Source: Candidatus Thalassarchaeaceae archaeon (GTDB lineage: Archaea; Thermoplasmatota; Poseidoniia; Poseidoniales; Thalassarchaeaceae). From it: DNA of 64,000 bases. Position numbers and translations under genes: made by a program. The DNA is taken from the NCBI GenBank assembly GCA_029250605.1, contig JAQXEZ010000016.1, positions 68,272 through 132,271 on the forward strand, in the 5' to 3' direction. This document shows positions 42,786-52,352 of the stretch, piece by piece. The first letter of the stretch is position 1. Each line of letters opens with the position of its first letter. The notes beneath the pieces are model-generated. The model had not been told where the DNA came from, did not search any database, and was given only the letters and a program-made list of their open reading frames with translations.

Positions 42786-43373
42786 ATGCATGCGGGGGTC
42801 TTAGTCACTGGATTTGAGCCATTTTCAAATTTTAAGAGAAATATCTCTCAACAGGTTGTACATTTAATATCCACATCAACAATCTTCGATTTCAATATCA
42901 GTACTTCAATCCTAGCAGTAGACGAAACCGGCTCAAGGGAGATTTCTGACAGGATAGAATGTGGAGAAAAAATTGGGGCAGTACTACATCTCGGTTTCTC
43001 TGAAAATGCAGATGAAATACTTCTCGAGAGATACGCTAGAAATCATTTTCAGATGAAAATTGCAGATAACTCTGGAAGGAGACTCTCTTCTGGCAAGGTG
43101 TCTCCAGGAAAATCAATTCTTGAAACAAAAGTCCCAAGAAACTTCATCGAAAACCATCTAGAGGGCATTTCAAAAATCAGATGGAACGAAGACGCAGGTG
43201 GTTTTGTATGCAATGAGACATATTTTCGTTCACTATTAGCATCCTCAGGAAGACGACTACCGATTGTACTTTTCATTCATCTACCAAGCGAGCAAATACT
43301 CCCTCTTGAAGAACAATATTCCATCATTATTTCGATATGTGAATCTCTGAATAGGATACTTGACTCGAACTAA
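42786..43373 (+). CDS. pcp: Pyroglutamyl-peptidase I (pyrrolidone-carboxylate peptidase)
   Basis: VLVTGFEPF N-terminus. Nucleophile context GGFVCNETYF. FIHLP His motif. Length about 195 aa. Confidence 0.8.
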   Translation: MHAGVLVTGFEPFSNFKRNISQQVVHLISTSTIFDFNISTSILAVDETGSREISDRIECGEKIGAVLHLGFSENADEILLERYARNHFQMKIADNSGRRLSSGKVSPGKSILETKVPRNFIENHLEGISKIRWNEDAGGFVCNETYFRSLLASSGRRLPIVLFIHLPSEQILPLEEQYSIIISICESLNRILDSN

Positions 43374-43876
43374 CTTTCTCTTCTCCCTCTTCTAGATTCG
43401 AACCATTCCGCGGCCTCTCCAGTTTCCGTCATTGATAGATCGTCACCAACTTCTCTTGGCACAATATCCCTCCCGTTATGCCAGGTGGCCTGCTCTAGCC
43501 ATAGGACAATGTCTCGTCCAGTCAAAGAAATCTCCATGGTACCTCCAAGGGGACTCTCTTCCAAAACAAAGGAGGCCTTACCTATGGATGCAGACTGCCT
43601 CGAGAGGCTGAAAATAGTCCCTTCTTCATCAGCCTGCATCGCCATAGCATCAAGAGCTGTGTCAAGTACTCGGCTCTCCCTCAATATAGACATCAGATTG
43701 TCGAGTGAGTCTGCTTTTCCACTTATTTCCTCAGAGTCCCTTATTATTGGGAAATCCGAATGTTCTGGGGCATTCTTCGGACTCCAATCTGGAAAGATTG
43801 AGCGTACGGAATCGATAACTTTGCCCGGGTCATCATGACTTCTGACAATTGTCGAAACTACGATCTCTGGCTCCAT
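43370..43876 (-). CDS. UPF0201 family (COG1931) predicted RNA-binding protein
   Basis: VSTIVRSHDDPGKVIDSVRSIFPDW and ...SLSRQSASIGKASFVLEESPLGGTMEISL...IVLWLEQATWHNG parallel the Sulfolobus UPF0201 protein ([63 protein letters not shown]). Confidence 0.7.
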   Translation of the reverse strand: MEPEIVVSTIVRSHDDPGKVIDSVRSIFPDWSPKNAPEHSDFPIIRDSEEISGKADSLDNLMSILRESRVLDTALDAMAMQADEEGTIFSLSRQSASIGKASFVLEESPLGGTMEISLTGRDIVLWLEQATWHNGRDIVPREVGDDLSMTETGEAAEWFESRRGRRES

Positions 43877-44707
43877 ATGACCTCGAACAAATGGAAACTA
43901 ATAGTGCTAACCGGTCAGAAATCGGTTTGCGCGAATATTCAAACCACTAACAATCGACGATTAGATGTGGCACAGCGTTCTGGACTAGTTTCATTGACTC
44001 TTGTTTTGATTCCAAACATCGTCCTCTTTTCTTTCAGAATTCTCTCCCCCGGGCTCCATGAAGCACTTTCAAACGATGATTTCGAGCAAACAGTGGCACA
44101 CTCACTGGCCCTCTTAATCGGACTAAGTATGGCATACAGATATTCGGTGGTCCATGATCACGAATTCCGTCGATCCAAGGCAATCAGCGCTCTATCAAAG
44201 ACTTACAAATTGGAGGACAGAGGACTTTGGGAAAAAGGAGAAGCAGCAATACAGAAGTTAGAAGCAAGGGCATATTCTGATTTCAAAGGAAGAAAGGCCA
44301 CTACTTCCAGACGGAGAATGCAGGGTAGGATCGGCGAGATTAATCGAGAATCCCCGGAGCTGGATCAAAAGATAGAGGAACATTCAGGATTTATTGTTGC
44401 AGTCGATGGAATTGAGCAGAAAAATGCAACTGTCCAAGAACCACTCCAAGACAAACCTAATCTATCCTCCCGATTTTTAAAATTCTTTTCAACTTCAATC
44501 GAAAGAACTGCGACTAGGAGGGATGAAAGAAGGAAGAAAGAAGAACTCCGGAAAAGTGAGTCTTTTTCTCCATCCGAGGAAGATGCGAACTCTAGATGGA
44601 CAATTCCACAAGGGACCCAGATGAAAACTAGGTTATGCACGAGTTGTTCAATGTATAATGCCGCAGAATCAAACTATTGCTCATCCTGCGGATCATTAAT
44701 CACTTGA
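43877..44707 (+). CDS. Hypothetical membrane protein with a charged linker and a C-terminal zinc ribbon
   Basis: TM segments LVSLTLVLIPNIVLFSF and AHSLALLIGLSMAY. C-terminus CTSCSMYNAAESNYCSSCGSLI (CxxC..CxxC). The start is uncertain: the ATG at 43877 abuts the divergent start at 43876 (CATATG). Confidence 0.5.
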   Translation: MTSNKWKLIVLTGQKSVCANIQTTNNRRLDVAQRSGLVSLTLVLIPNIVLFSFRILSPGLHEALSNDDFEQTVAHSLALLIGLSMAYRYSVVHDHEFRRSKAISALSKTYKLEDRGLWEKGEAAIQKLEARAYSDFKGRKATTSRRRMQGRIGEINRESPELDQKIEEHSGFIVAVDGIEQKNATVQEPLQDKPNLSSRFLKFFSTSIERTATRRDERRKKEELRKSESFSPSEEDANSRWTIPQGTQMKTRLCTSCSMYNAAESNYCSSCGSLIT

Positions 44708-44756
44708 TTGGGGAACGGTTGATATGACTCCTTTAGGAGCCTAAGCCGGGAACGTT

Positions 44757-45899
44757 ATGGCCAGTAAGCGAGACTATTACGATATTCTCGAAGTTGACAA
44801 AGAATCCTCAGAGAATCAAATAAAACAGTCTTTCCGTTCCCTTGCAAGAAAGTATCACCCTGATAAGAATCCAAATGACGAAGAAGCAGAGACAAAATTC
44901 AAGGAAATCCAAGAGGCATATGCAATCTTATCAAATCCGGAAGAAAGGCGAAAGTACGATGTCTTCGGACACGAAAGGCCTGGCGGTTCTCCATTCGGTT
45001 CTCGGGGTTTCCAGGGAGTGGACATTAGCTTCGATGATCTCTTCGGTGGTGGTTTCGAATCAATTTTTAGCCAATTCTTTGGCGGACAACAGGTTGATAG
45101 ATCACGTGGTTCAGACTTATTGGTAAGGCATAAGGTACCTTTTCAGGCTTCAATGGACGGCTTGGAAGATGATATAGAAATTGAAGCTATGAAGGGGTGC
45201 AACAGTTGCCATGGTTCCGGTTCCGCAAAGGAGGGAGGGTCTCGTCAATGCCCTTCATGCGAGGGAAGAGGGAGGATAGATGAGATTTCTATGATAGGCC
45301 CTTTCCGACAACGGGTGAGAAAGGATTGCGCTTCATGTAGGGGTTCTGGAAGATTGATTTCCAAACCATGTCATGATTGTGGGGGCGATGGTAGAGCCCT
45401 ACAAACAAATCGTGTGAAGTTCTCGGTTATGCCTGGGATAGCTTCTGGCAACCGTCTTAGGATGCGTGGACAAGGCGAGGCTTCAACATCCCTCAATGGC
45501 AGTCCCGGAGACCTGTACATAGAAATTGATGTTGACCCCCATCCATGGTTCGAAAGGGATGGGCCAGACCTGCTCATGGCCCTGCCTCTGAACTTCGCCG
45601 ACTTGGCTCTCGGGACTACTATCGAGATTCCGCATATTGATTCTGATGGCCTAAGGATTACAGTGCCTCCTGGTTCTAATCCGGGGGAAACAATTTCGAT
45701 TCCCGGTAGGGGTCTGCCGCACAATAATCACGGATCGAGGAGAGGGTCGGTAACCGTCGTACTAAGACTTCTATCTCCGACCAAGCCTTCTCGTAAGCTG
45801 AAGAAGAAAATCAACGAAATAAGGCTCGAATTAGAGGATTCTATTCCGCCTGTCGAGGAGAGAATCAGGGACGAAGCCAGAACGAGAAGGGGACGTTGA
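44757..45899 (+). CDS. dnaJ: Chaperone DnaJ (type I Hsp40)
   Basis: J domain DYYDILEV...KYHPDKNP. G/F-rich linker. Four CxxCxGxG zinc motifs (CNSCHGSG, CPSCEGRG, CASCRGSG, CHDCGGDG). Confidence 0.93.
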   Translation: MASKRDYYDILEVDKESSENQIKQSFRSLARKYHPDKNPNDEEAETKFKEIQEAYAILSNPEERRKYDVFGHERPGGSPFGSRGFQGVDISFDDLFGGGFESIFSQFFGGQQVDRSRGSDLLVRHKVPFQASMDGLEDDIEIEAMKGCNSCHGSGSAKEGGSRQCPSCEGRGRIDEISMIGPFRQRVRKDCASCRGSGRLISKPCHDCGGDGRALQTNRVKFSVMPGIASGNRLRMRGQGEASTSLNGSPGDLYIEIDVDPHPWFERDGPDLLMALPLNFADLALGTTIEIPHIDSDGLRITVPPGSNPGETISIPGRGLPHNNHGSRRGSVTVVLRLLSPTKPSRKLKKKINEIRLELEDSIPPVEERIRDEARTRRGR

Positions 45900-45903
45900 A
45901 AGC

Positions 45904-47007
45904 TCACTCTTCTCCCATTTCTATCGGATTCGTTGGAACCGCTGCTATCGGTTCCCCATCCACTAGGCCTGAAATTTGCATATTGACCAATGGCGGATTT
46001 CCCAGAGTTTCGATTTGAACGAATGTCGTCGTACCTCCTTCAAGATCGCCCAAGAAAACCTCGTCATCCCGAAAAATCATTTTTGGAACAACGCTCTGTA
46101 TTGAAGTGACTTCACCTAGTGGCGAGAATATTCTGATGGCAGCCATTTCCCAACTAAATGATTCTGTCCTGACCCCAATTAGAAGTGAATTACTAGAATC
46201 CTCGAATCTCCAAACACATATGTCGATATTTTCAGTAAAATACCTGATCTCAGGTTTACCCAACTCCTCCGAAACTGAATTCCATGGACTCTCCCCGAGT
46301 ATGGATAGAGCTCCAGAAATCTCTTCTAGACCCTTTGCTAGATCGTTGATCGAGAACCTATCTCTAAGAGTACTCAAGATGTGCTTCTCTTTTTCTACTA
46401 ATTCCTCATCCTTTTTAGACGAAATCAACTCACCCCTATTCCACCATAAAACGATTACTAGCGGGAGTATTAGGAACAGGCCTGCAGCCACATAGAACGG
46501 AGTAAACATCCATGCCAAATTGACAAACTCCCCTCCGTCTTCGAAAGAACCCCTATTTTCCAGAGTGAATCGATATGAAATCTCCTCACCGAAGCCACCA
46601 TTCCTCTCTAGTCTGATTGCATGCATTCCTGGATCGAGCCCCAATTCCCCTATATCGCCATCCGCAAACTCGACAATCGTCCAAGTACTTTGATTCAGTC
46701 TCTGTACACTAATTCTAACTGATTCGTTATTAGAAATCCAAAACCCAACCATTGTCCAATTTGTTGAAGATATTTCCAGGGCAAATACATCAACAGAGTC
46801 ATTCACCGAGAATGTTCCGATGGTCGTGGAATTATTCAGCGAGATTATTTGCCATTCTTCGCCTATTTCGCTGTCATCCCATAACTTTCCTGGAGCATCT
46901 CCTGACTCCTCTATTATCGAATCCTGCTGCTCTTCCCCAGCACAAGAAAATGTGAAAATTGAGGTGACAATTAACGTAGTAATTACCAGGCTGGCCCCAC
47001 GCATCAT
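45904..47007 (-). CDS. Hypothetical secreted/membrane protein (signal peptide, extracellular domain, one TM, cytoplasmic domain)
   Basis: MMRGASLVITTLIVTSIFTFSCA signal-like N-terminus. Mid-protein TM FTPFYVAAGLFLILPLVIVLWW. No family recognised. Confidence 0.55.
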   Translation of the reverse strand: MMRGASLVITTLIVTSIFTFSCAGEEQQDSIIEESGDAPGKLWDDSEIGEEWQIISLNNSTTIGTFSVNDSVDVFALEISSTNWTMVGFWISNNESVRISVQRLNQSTWTIVEFADGDIGELGLDPGMHAIRLERNGGFGEEISYRFTLENRGSFEDGGEFVNLAWMFTPFYVAAGLFLILPLVIVLWWNRGELISSKKDEELVEKEKHILSTLRDRFSINDLAKGLEEISGALSILGESPWNSVSEELGKPEIRYFTENIDICVWRFEDSSNSLLIGVRTESFSWEMAAIRIFSPLGEVTSIQSVVPKMIFRDDEVFLGDLEGGTTTFVQIETLGNPPLVNMQISGLVDGEPIAAVPTNPIEMGEE

Positions 47008-47066
47008 GCTCGGGAAGACAACTAGGTCTTAGAATCCTTCAAGCGAAATGCTTCCATGGGCAGCCA

Positions 47067-48845
47067 ATGAGTGAGCGGCCAATAGGAAGGAGCGTGATCT
47101 CCAGAGATAGGTTCTCCAGACTATTTTCCCTTGGAGATCGGAATGATCCTCCATCATTTGCGCCGGGATTAATTATTGGTAAAGATGATCCAGATTTCCC
47201 AGTTTCAATTGCTCCATTTTCTTCTTCGATGGATAATTCTACTATCCCTTCATCAATGAAGGTATCAACTCGTGCCAATCTCTGTTTCCCATTTGATTCT
47301 CTAGACACGTGGGAATCTTCCCAGGGATTGGTCCTCCCACCGAGCCTACTGGAGTCGGATTCAGGCGAATTTGGCACGGGGGCAGAGTTAGTTCCGGTAA
47401 CCTGGAACTCATTACATCACGACCAGTCCCTACTCACTATTGGGCTACAACCCTCAGTAATAGTGTTGACAGATTCACCTCAACTGTCAAGCAGTCTTGG
47501 TTTGTTAGAACAGGCTCTATTGACTATTAGGACAAATTTCCCGTCTTCACTTATTTGGACACCAGGAATCGGAGGTCCGGATAATTGTGCTCTTCTCTCA
47601 TGGATGGGGGTGGACATTTTTGACTTGGCTCGTTCCAGACAATCATCTTCACTAGGCATACTACTTTCTGAAACCGGACCTAGGTTTCCTGAACAATCAA
47701 CAAATGAGGATTCGTCAATGGAGTCCCAAAAGGAGATGTGGATTCGTGCAATTTCAGCCACTAGGTCCGCAATTAGAGATGGTACACTTAGGGAGTTGGC
47801 CGAGAGACAGAGTACTTCGAGCCCTCGATCCGTCGAACATCTTAGGGGGCATGATCAACTCTCATTTGAGATTTCTAAGCAAATTGGCTTGTCTAGAAGT
47901 TCTGTAGATTTCGGAAAAAAACTCCGCTGCCACTCCTTTGAGAGTAGGAGTGATGTTGCCATTAGAAATTGGAGAGAAGCTATTTCCGAGAATTATGAAC
48001 CACCTTCCCGGCAATGTGATGTTCTCGTTCTACTCCCCTGCTCTGCAAAGAAGCCGTACAGACTCTCCCAAAGCCATTCTAGATTCCGACGCGCAATTGG
48101 AAATTCACGTGCCCATGAGGTAATGGCGACGGCTCCTCTAGGATTAGTTCCAAGAGATTTGGAAGACTTGTGGCCCGCTGCACACTATGACATTCCAGTT
48201 ACAGGAGATTGGGACAACGATGAATTGTCGATAATTAGGAGTATGGTTAACAGACTTGTAGAAAGAGTAGGTTACTCAACAATTGTGAACCATTCCGGAA
48301 TCGATTTACTCCTCACAGACCGTCTTGTAATTGATACTAGAATGGGTGGAAGTGCGGGTTCTAGCGAATCCCTAGAAAGGTTACAGGATGCAATCTCCTC
48401 CTCATTCTCGGAAGATGGCGGAGAAATCGATTTCAGTGTCCGGCAGGAGAAGATGAAATCAATTTCTAGATTCCAATTTGGCTCGGACGAATGGCTTGAT
48501 GGCTGCGAAATTAGAGGGAGGCCCCCAATTTTCACAATAACGAAGGATGGTGTACAAATGGCAAAATGGGATCCCCGGAGGGGGAGATTCTTACTTTCCA
48601 AATCAAGCCTAGAAACAATGAGGGGACTAAAACTCCTCAAGTCGGTGGAAATCCATCCTGGATTAGACTGGGTTGGGGACATATTTCCAAGCATGATTGC
48701 GCACCACGACCGCTCAATCTTAGTTGGCGACGAGATTCTGGTGATACAGGGAGGGAAACTCCTAGGTTCTGCCAGATCAGTTGCCCCAGGGTGGGAATGG
48801 CCCCTGGGTCCCGGCAAACTGGCAAAATCGAGACACCGACTCTGA
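47067..48845 (+). CDS. arcS: Archaeosine synthase / TgtA2-like protein (TGT-like N-domain, DUF5591-type domain, C-terminal PUA)
   Basis: IWTPGIGGPDNCALLSWMGVDIFDLARS (TGT-like). VLVLLPCSAKKPY...APLGLVPRDLE...YDIPVTGDW (ArcS C1/DUF5591-like). C-terminal GDEILVIQGGKLLGSARSVA is PUA-like. 592 aa, as for ArcS. Confidence 0.65.
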   Translation: MSERPIGRSVISRDRFSRLFSLGDRNDPPSFAPGLIIGKDDPDFPVSIAPFSSSMDNSTIPSSMKVSTRANLCFPFDSLDTWESSQGLVLPPSLLESDSGEFGTGAELVPVTWNSLHHDQSLLTIGLQPSVIVLTDSPQLSSSLGLLEQALLTIRTNFPSSLIWTPGIGGPDNCALLSWMGVDIFDLARSRQSSSLGILLSETGPRFPEQSTNEDSSMESQKEMWIRAISATRSAIRDGTLRELAERQSTSSPRSVEHLRGHDQLSFEISKQIGLSRSSVDFGKKLRCHSFESRSDVAIRNWREAISENYEPPSRQCDVLVLLPCSAKKPYRLSQSHSRFRRAIGNSRAHEVMATAPLGLVPRDLEDLWPAAHYDIPVTGDWDNDELSIIRSMVNRLVERVGYSTIVNHSGIDLLLTDRLVIDTRMGGSAGSSESLERLQDAISSSFSEDGGEIDFSVRQEKMKSISRFQFGSDEWLDGCEIRGRPPIFTITKDGVQMAKWDPRRGRFLLSKSSLETMRGLKLLKSVEIHPGLDWVGDIFPSMIAHHDRSILVGDEILVIQGGKLLGSARSVAPGWEWPLGPGKLAKSRHRL

Positions 48846-48920
48846 TTGCTCAGAATCGATTGATATGGCGTAGCGGTTAAAGAGGGAGAGCAGGACGCCC
48901 GGCTGCCCGAGGTATACATT

Positions 48921-49376
48921 ATGTCAAGGATGCACAGTAAAGGTAAGGGGGCCAGTGGGTCTAGCAAACCTCATTCAAAGACTCCTCCCGAGTGGTCAAA
49001 TTCCGACAAGAAAGAGATAGAGGAGTTAATTGTTCAACTATCCGAGGAAGGTCATACTAATGCTTCAATTGGCTCTATGTTAAGGGACAAGCACGGAGTT
49101 CCAGACGTTAGACTAGTCACCGGAGAGAGAATATCTCAGACATTGAATAGGCTAGGCAAATCTTCTGGCCTCCCAGAGGATCTAATGAGCCTAATGCGCC
49201 GCGCTCTGCGACTGATCGACCACCTCTCTCAGAATTCCAAGGACATCCACAACAGGAGACAACTGGAACTATGTGAGTCAAAGATCAGGAGACTTTCGAG
49301 GTATTACAGAGAAAACAATCAGATTGACTCGGAATGGACTTACAAGAGAGACCAACTACGACTGATGGTCGAATAA
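48921..49376 (+). CDS. rps15: 30S ribosomal protein S15 (uS15, eukaryotic S13 type)
   Basis: MSRMHSKGKGASGSSKP...PPEW...EEIEELIVQL..EG...IG..LRD.HGVPDV; C-terminal S15 fold ..IHNRRQLELCESKIRRLSRYY. GAGGT 7 nt before the ATG. 151 aa, typical of archaea. Confidence 0.92.
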   Translation: MSRMHSKGKGASGSSKPHSKTPPEWSNSDKKEIEELIVQLSEEGHTNASIGSMLRDKHGVPDVRLVTGERISQTLNRLGKSSGLPEDLMSLMRRALRLIDHLSQNSKDIHNRRQLELCESKIRRLSRYYRENNQIDSEWTYKRDQLRLMVE

Positions 49377-49413
49377 ACAGTAGTGATTTGTACTCGTCTC
49401 CCATCGAAGGAGG

Positions 49414-50259
49414 GTGGAGTCACTTATCGAGCAGGATATTTTCTCTCCAGTACGAGATACAATCCAATTTTTTGCTAATGAAGTAATCAGTAGCCGTAAG
49501 CCAATTCTACTTGTTTCAAAACCAAATTTGGAAGGCTCCCTCTCTCTGGCTCCTATTGAAGCTGCCTTGCTAGATGCGAGAATCCCATATAAGCGTAGAT
49601 TTTCAAAATCAAATCCAGATTATACTCACTTTATCCAAATTAAAGATGACATTGCTTCGACAAAAAAAGAACCCTCCGGACTGTCCCTTTCTACAACCAT
49701 TGTCGACGGACTAAGGGGTAGGTTTGGTGATTTTCGCAAGGGGCCACTTAGTGCAGTTGCCCAGGCCCACGTTCTTGCTATGGAGATAAATCACCAGAGC
49801 CTTCGACTTAGGAGGATGCGCCCATGGTTGTTGTCTGGAAATTGGATCAACGAAGCACTGGACACAACATATGACCCAGTTTACTCCTCTCTGCGGGATC
49901 ATCTTTCAGCAGAGGGATCAATTCGAGTAATTCCGGTGCCCGAAGTTCCAAATCTATATTTCAAAAACTACCCCTGGCTAGAAAATAGTGAGATAGAGGA
50001 AGCCACTAGGGAATGGGGTAATTCAGAGTTAGAAAAACGTGAAAAGATAATGGAAAGACTGGTTAGTCCAGTTCTAAATTCTAGATTTCCTTCAACATCA
50101 AGATCCGAGGAATTGCTTTGGCACTGTGTTCTCGGTTCTGGTTGGGAAACTGATCTGGCATCTCAAATCAGTTTGGCTCTAACCAATTGGGAAAACAATA
50201 AGCCCATCAACGCAGCATCTATTGTTGCAGACTCTCTTGTTTCAACAGGGCAAATATGA
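49414..50259 (+). CDS. Hypothetical protein, possibly a truncated catalytically inactive DHH/RecJ-like domain
   Basis: GTG is the only canonical start. KPILLVSKPNLEGSLSLAPIEAAL mimics DHH motif I (hhhhxHxDxDGxxS) with the Asp residues replaced. TTIVDGL sits where motif III (hhhDHH) would be. Position immediately after rps15. Confidence 0.35.
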   Translation: MESLIEQDIFSPVRDTIQFFANEVISSRKPILLVSKPNLEGSLSLAPIEAALLDARIPYKRRFSKSNPDYTHFIQIKDDIASTKKEPSGLSLSTTIVDGLRGRFGDFRKGPLSAVAQAHVLAMEINHQSLRLRRMRPWLLSGNWINEALDTTYDPVYSSLRDHLSAEGSIRVIPVPEVPNLYFKNYPWLENSEIEEATREWGNSELEKREKIMERLVSPVLNSRFPSTSRSEELLWHCVLGSGWETDLASQISLALTNWENNKPINAASIVADSLVSTGQI

Positions 50260-52281
50260 CTATTCGATCCTGAGGATACTACTGCATCCGACACATTCAA
50301 TCCTTAGTGGCCTTATATCCGATTCCACAGGATTCCTCTTCCCACAAGACGGACACCTAACTCTCCCGCCCCTCTTCGAATTTCTCTGAACTTCGCTATC
50401 ATCAATCACCGGTGAAACAATAGCAGCAGGGAAAATCAGTAACACGCTTGAACCAACTACGCCAAGAACAATTGGCATAGGCAGTCCAAACCAATATATC
50501 GACAAAGAAAGAATCCCCAATACTCCTATCATGATCATGCTTGGCACCCTTGTCCTCCTTTTCGTCAGGGCCATTCCTATTCCTAAAGCCAAGCATAGAG
50601 CGAACACAGAGATCATAGCTGAAATTAGGGGACTGAATAGAAGTGCATTTTTCGCTTCAAAATCAAGTCTAAAATCAGTATCGGAACTTATGTCGTTTTC
50701 CCCCATAGTGAGGATCTCCATTACAATCCATCTTCTATGCGTGTAATCAACGTCCCCATTGTCCAAATTAACCCCATCGAACCCTGATAGCATCCCTGTC
50801 CGAATCTCGAATGAAAGGCCAACTTCTTCCCAGAAATCATATCCACCGGGTCTGATAAAATCCTCAATTAGAGTCTGCCTCGAGTCTCTCTCAACCTTGT
50901 AACTAGACTCTACATATATCGAAATCTCATCGGAGTTGAAGGCCCTAGATGGGCCTAGATCTATACTCACCACCAAAGGCCCAAATTCTACAGGATCAAC
51001 TCCGAAGACAGACTCAGAATTGATCATTAGTCCGACAGAGAGAAATGACTTCAGATCCGACTTTGAACCCTTGAGGTGACTTTCCAGTGCAGCTAGCTCT
51101 GTGTTGTCTACTCTAGCATTTGACTTCTCTGATGGGCTTACGGTATCTGAAAATGTATTCAGGTTCTTCCACCAACTATTCGATCCTAGGCTCTTATTTC
51201 CAATGTTGTCAAGGCCCCACCTCATCCACTGAGACATGGCACCATCAAGGGTAATCGTCGTCTTTCTCTCTATGGAATTACCATCATATTTGCAGTTCAC
51301 TTCAACCATTAGATCAGAACCACCAGTCCGCGGAGGTTCCTCTTCGGGATACCAGCTGTTGTCTCCAGTGTCTTGGCCAAGTGTGATTTCGTGAATTTTA
51401 TCTACTGTGATGACGAGTGAATCCTGCAGTGAAATCTGGAAGTCAGTTCTGACTGCCCCCTCACTTGAACTGCTCGGTTCCCAGACAAATGTCACGTCCA
51501 CCCAGTCTTCATTCGAATTTACTATCGGACTTTCAGCAATCTCGACATTCTGGACCATAAAACCACCTGTGGAACCAGTCCAAATCTTGTCACTGAATCC
51601 CGAAGTCAACCTTACTGGAAAGAATACTAGGTTTCCCTTGACACTAGCTTCCCTAATAACCACGTTAACTAGTGGGAATGAAATTGATATTGCAGCATCA
51701 ACATCTTCTTCACCCCAGTAGAACACTATTCCAGACTCACTTCCCGGATTGGAAAAAATCAAACTCCTGACAGAAAAAATCACCTCTATCTTCTCGTTTT
51801 TCGAAACTTCACCGTCTTGCACTTCTATGTCCACTTGCAACTCTCCCGATTCAGTAAGATAGATCGCAGGCAGTTGAGAGGAACTTTCGTAGGTATTGCC
51901 GCCGACCTTGACGACCACGGTCGCATTGGCTGATACTCCAGCAGAGTCTGAAACTTCGTACGGAATTGAGAAGGTCCAAGTCCCGGAAGAGTAACTTGCC
52001 GACTCTCCCCATTCAATCATCCATGAGCCAATTTCTACCTCTCCAAGAAAGGAAGAGGTTACTTCGACTGACTTCTTTTCCTCTAAGTCAGATTCGAAAG
52101 GGGTCAGCTGTCCGTTGTCCGGGTCCCCGATTAGGAATAGATCGAACTCATCAGGAGACTCGCAGCAGTCACTGCTCTCTGTAGCTTGGGCATTAATTGG
52201 TGAGAAAATTACCATTACTAGCATCGAAGAAAATATTGCTACTTGCCTTGCTCGGGAACGGTCCACGCCACTCTGATTCAT
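50260..52281 (-). CDS. Hypothetical membrane protein: signal peptide, large extracellular domain, about 3 TM, C-terminal cytoplasmic zinc ribbon
   Basis: MNQSGVDRSRARQVAIFSSMLVMVIFSPINAQA. C-terminal TMs (LLFSPLISAMISVFALCLALGIGMAL, MIMIGVLGILSLSIYWFGL, VLGVVGSSVLLIFPAAIV). VRCPSCGKRNP...IECVGCSSIL. A TTG alternative start lies at 52305. Confidence 0.6.
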   Translation of the reverse strand: MNQSGVDRSRARQVAIFSSMLVMVIFSPINAQATESSDCCESPDEFDLFLIGDPDNGQLTPFESDLEEKKSVEVTSSFLGEVEIGSWMIEWGESASYSSGTWTFSIPYEVSDSAGVSANATVVVKVGGNTYESSSQLPAIYLTESGELQVDIEVQDGEVSKNEKIEVIFSVRSLIFSNPGSESGIVFYWGEEDVDAAISISFPLVNVVIREASVKGNLVFFPVRLTSGFSDKIWTGSTGGFMVQNVEIAESPIVNSNEDWVDVTFVWEPSSSSEGAVRTDFQISLQDSLVITVDKIHEITLGQDTGDNSWYPEEEPPRTGGSDLMVEVNCKYDGNSIERKTTITLDGAMSQWMRWGLDNIGNKSLGSNSWWKNLNTFSDTVSPSEKSNARVDNTELAALESHLKGSKSDLKSFLSVGLMINSESVFGVDPVEFGPLVVSIDLGPSRAFNSDEISIYVESSYKVERDSRQTLIEDFIRPGGYDFWEEVGLSFEIRTGMLSGFDGVNLDNGDVDYTHRRWIVMEILTMGENDISSDTDFRLDFEAKNALLFSPLISAMISVFALCLALGIGMALTKRRTRVPSMIMIGVLGILSLSIYWFGLPMPIVLGVVGSSVLLIFPAAIVSPVIDDSEVQRNSKRGGRVRCPSCGKRNPVESDIRPLRIECVGCSSILRIE

Positions 52282-52352
52282 ATCGTACCCTTCAATGCGA
52301 CGCAATTAATGAGTGATAATTACGTTCTTGCCGACAATAATCAAAATCACGA

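Noticed and set aside
43874-43879. CATATG junction where two divergent ORFs would start back to back (43876 minus, 43877 plus)
   Set aside because: Zero-length divergent spacing leaves no room for promoters. More likely the plus-strand gene starts at a downstream codon or is transcribed from within the neighbour. This is treated as start-codon uncertainty rather than as a feature.
47039-47377. 112-aa minus-strand ORF overlapping the arcS 5' end
   Set aside because: The plus-strand frame shows TGT/ArcS-like N-terminal similarity (ISRDRFSRLFSLGD...PSFAPGLII) from the ATG at 47067. The antisense ORF has no support.
48867-48882. tRNA D-arm-like string GGCGTAGCGGTTAAAG in the arcS-rps15 spacer
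   Set aside because: The 75-nt spacer cannot be folded into an acceptor stem, anticodon arm and T-arm (no GTTCRANNC-like T-loop). It is more likely the rps15 leader or promoter.
48272-48967. 231-aa minus-strand ORF spanning the arcS 3' end and the rps15 start
   Set aside because: It is antisense to two confidently identified genes and its translation is low complexity.
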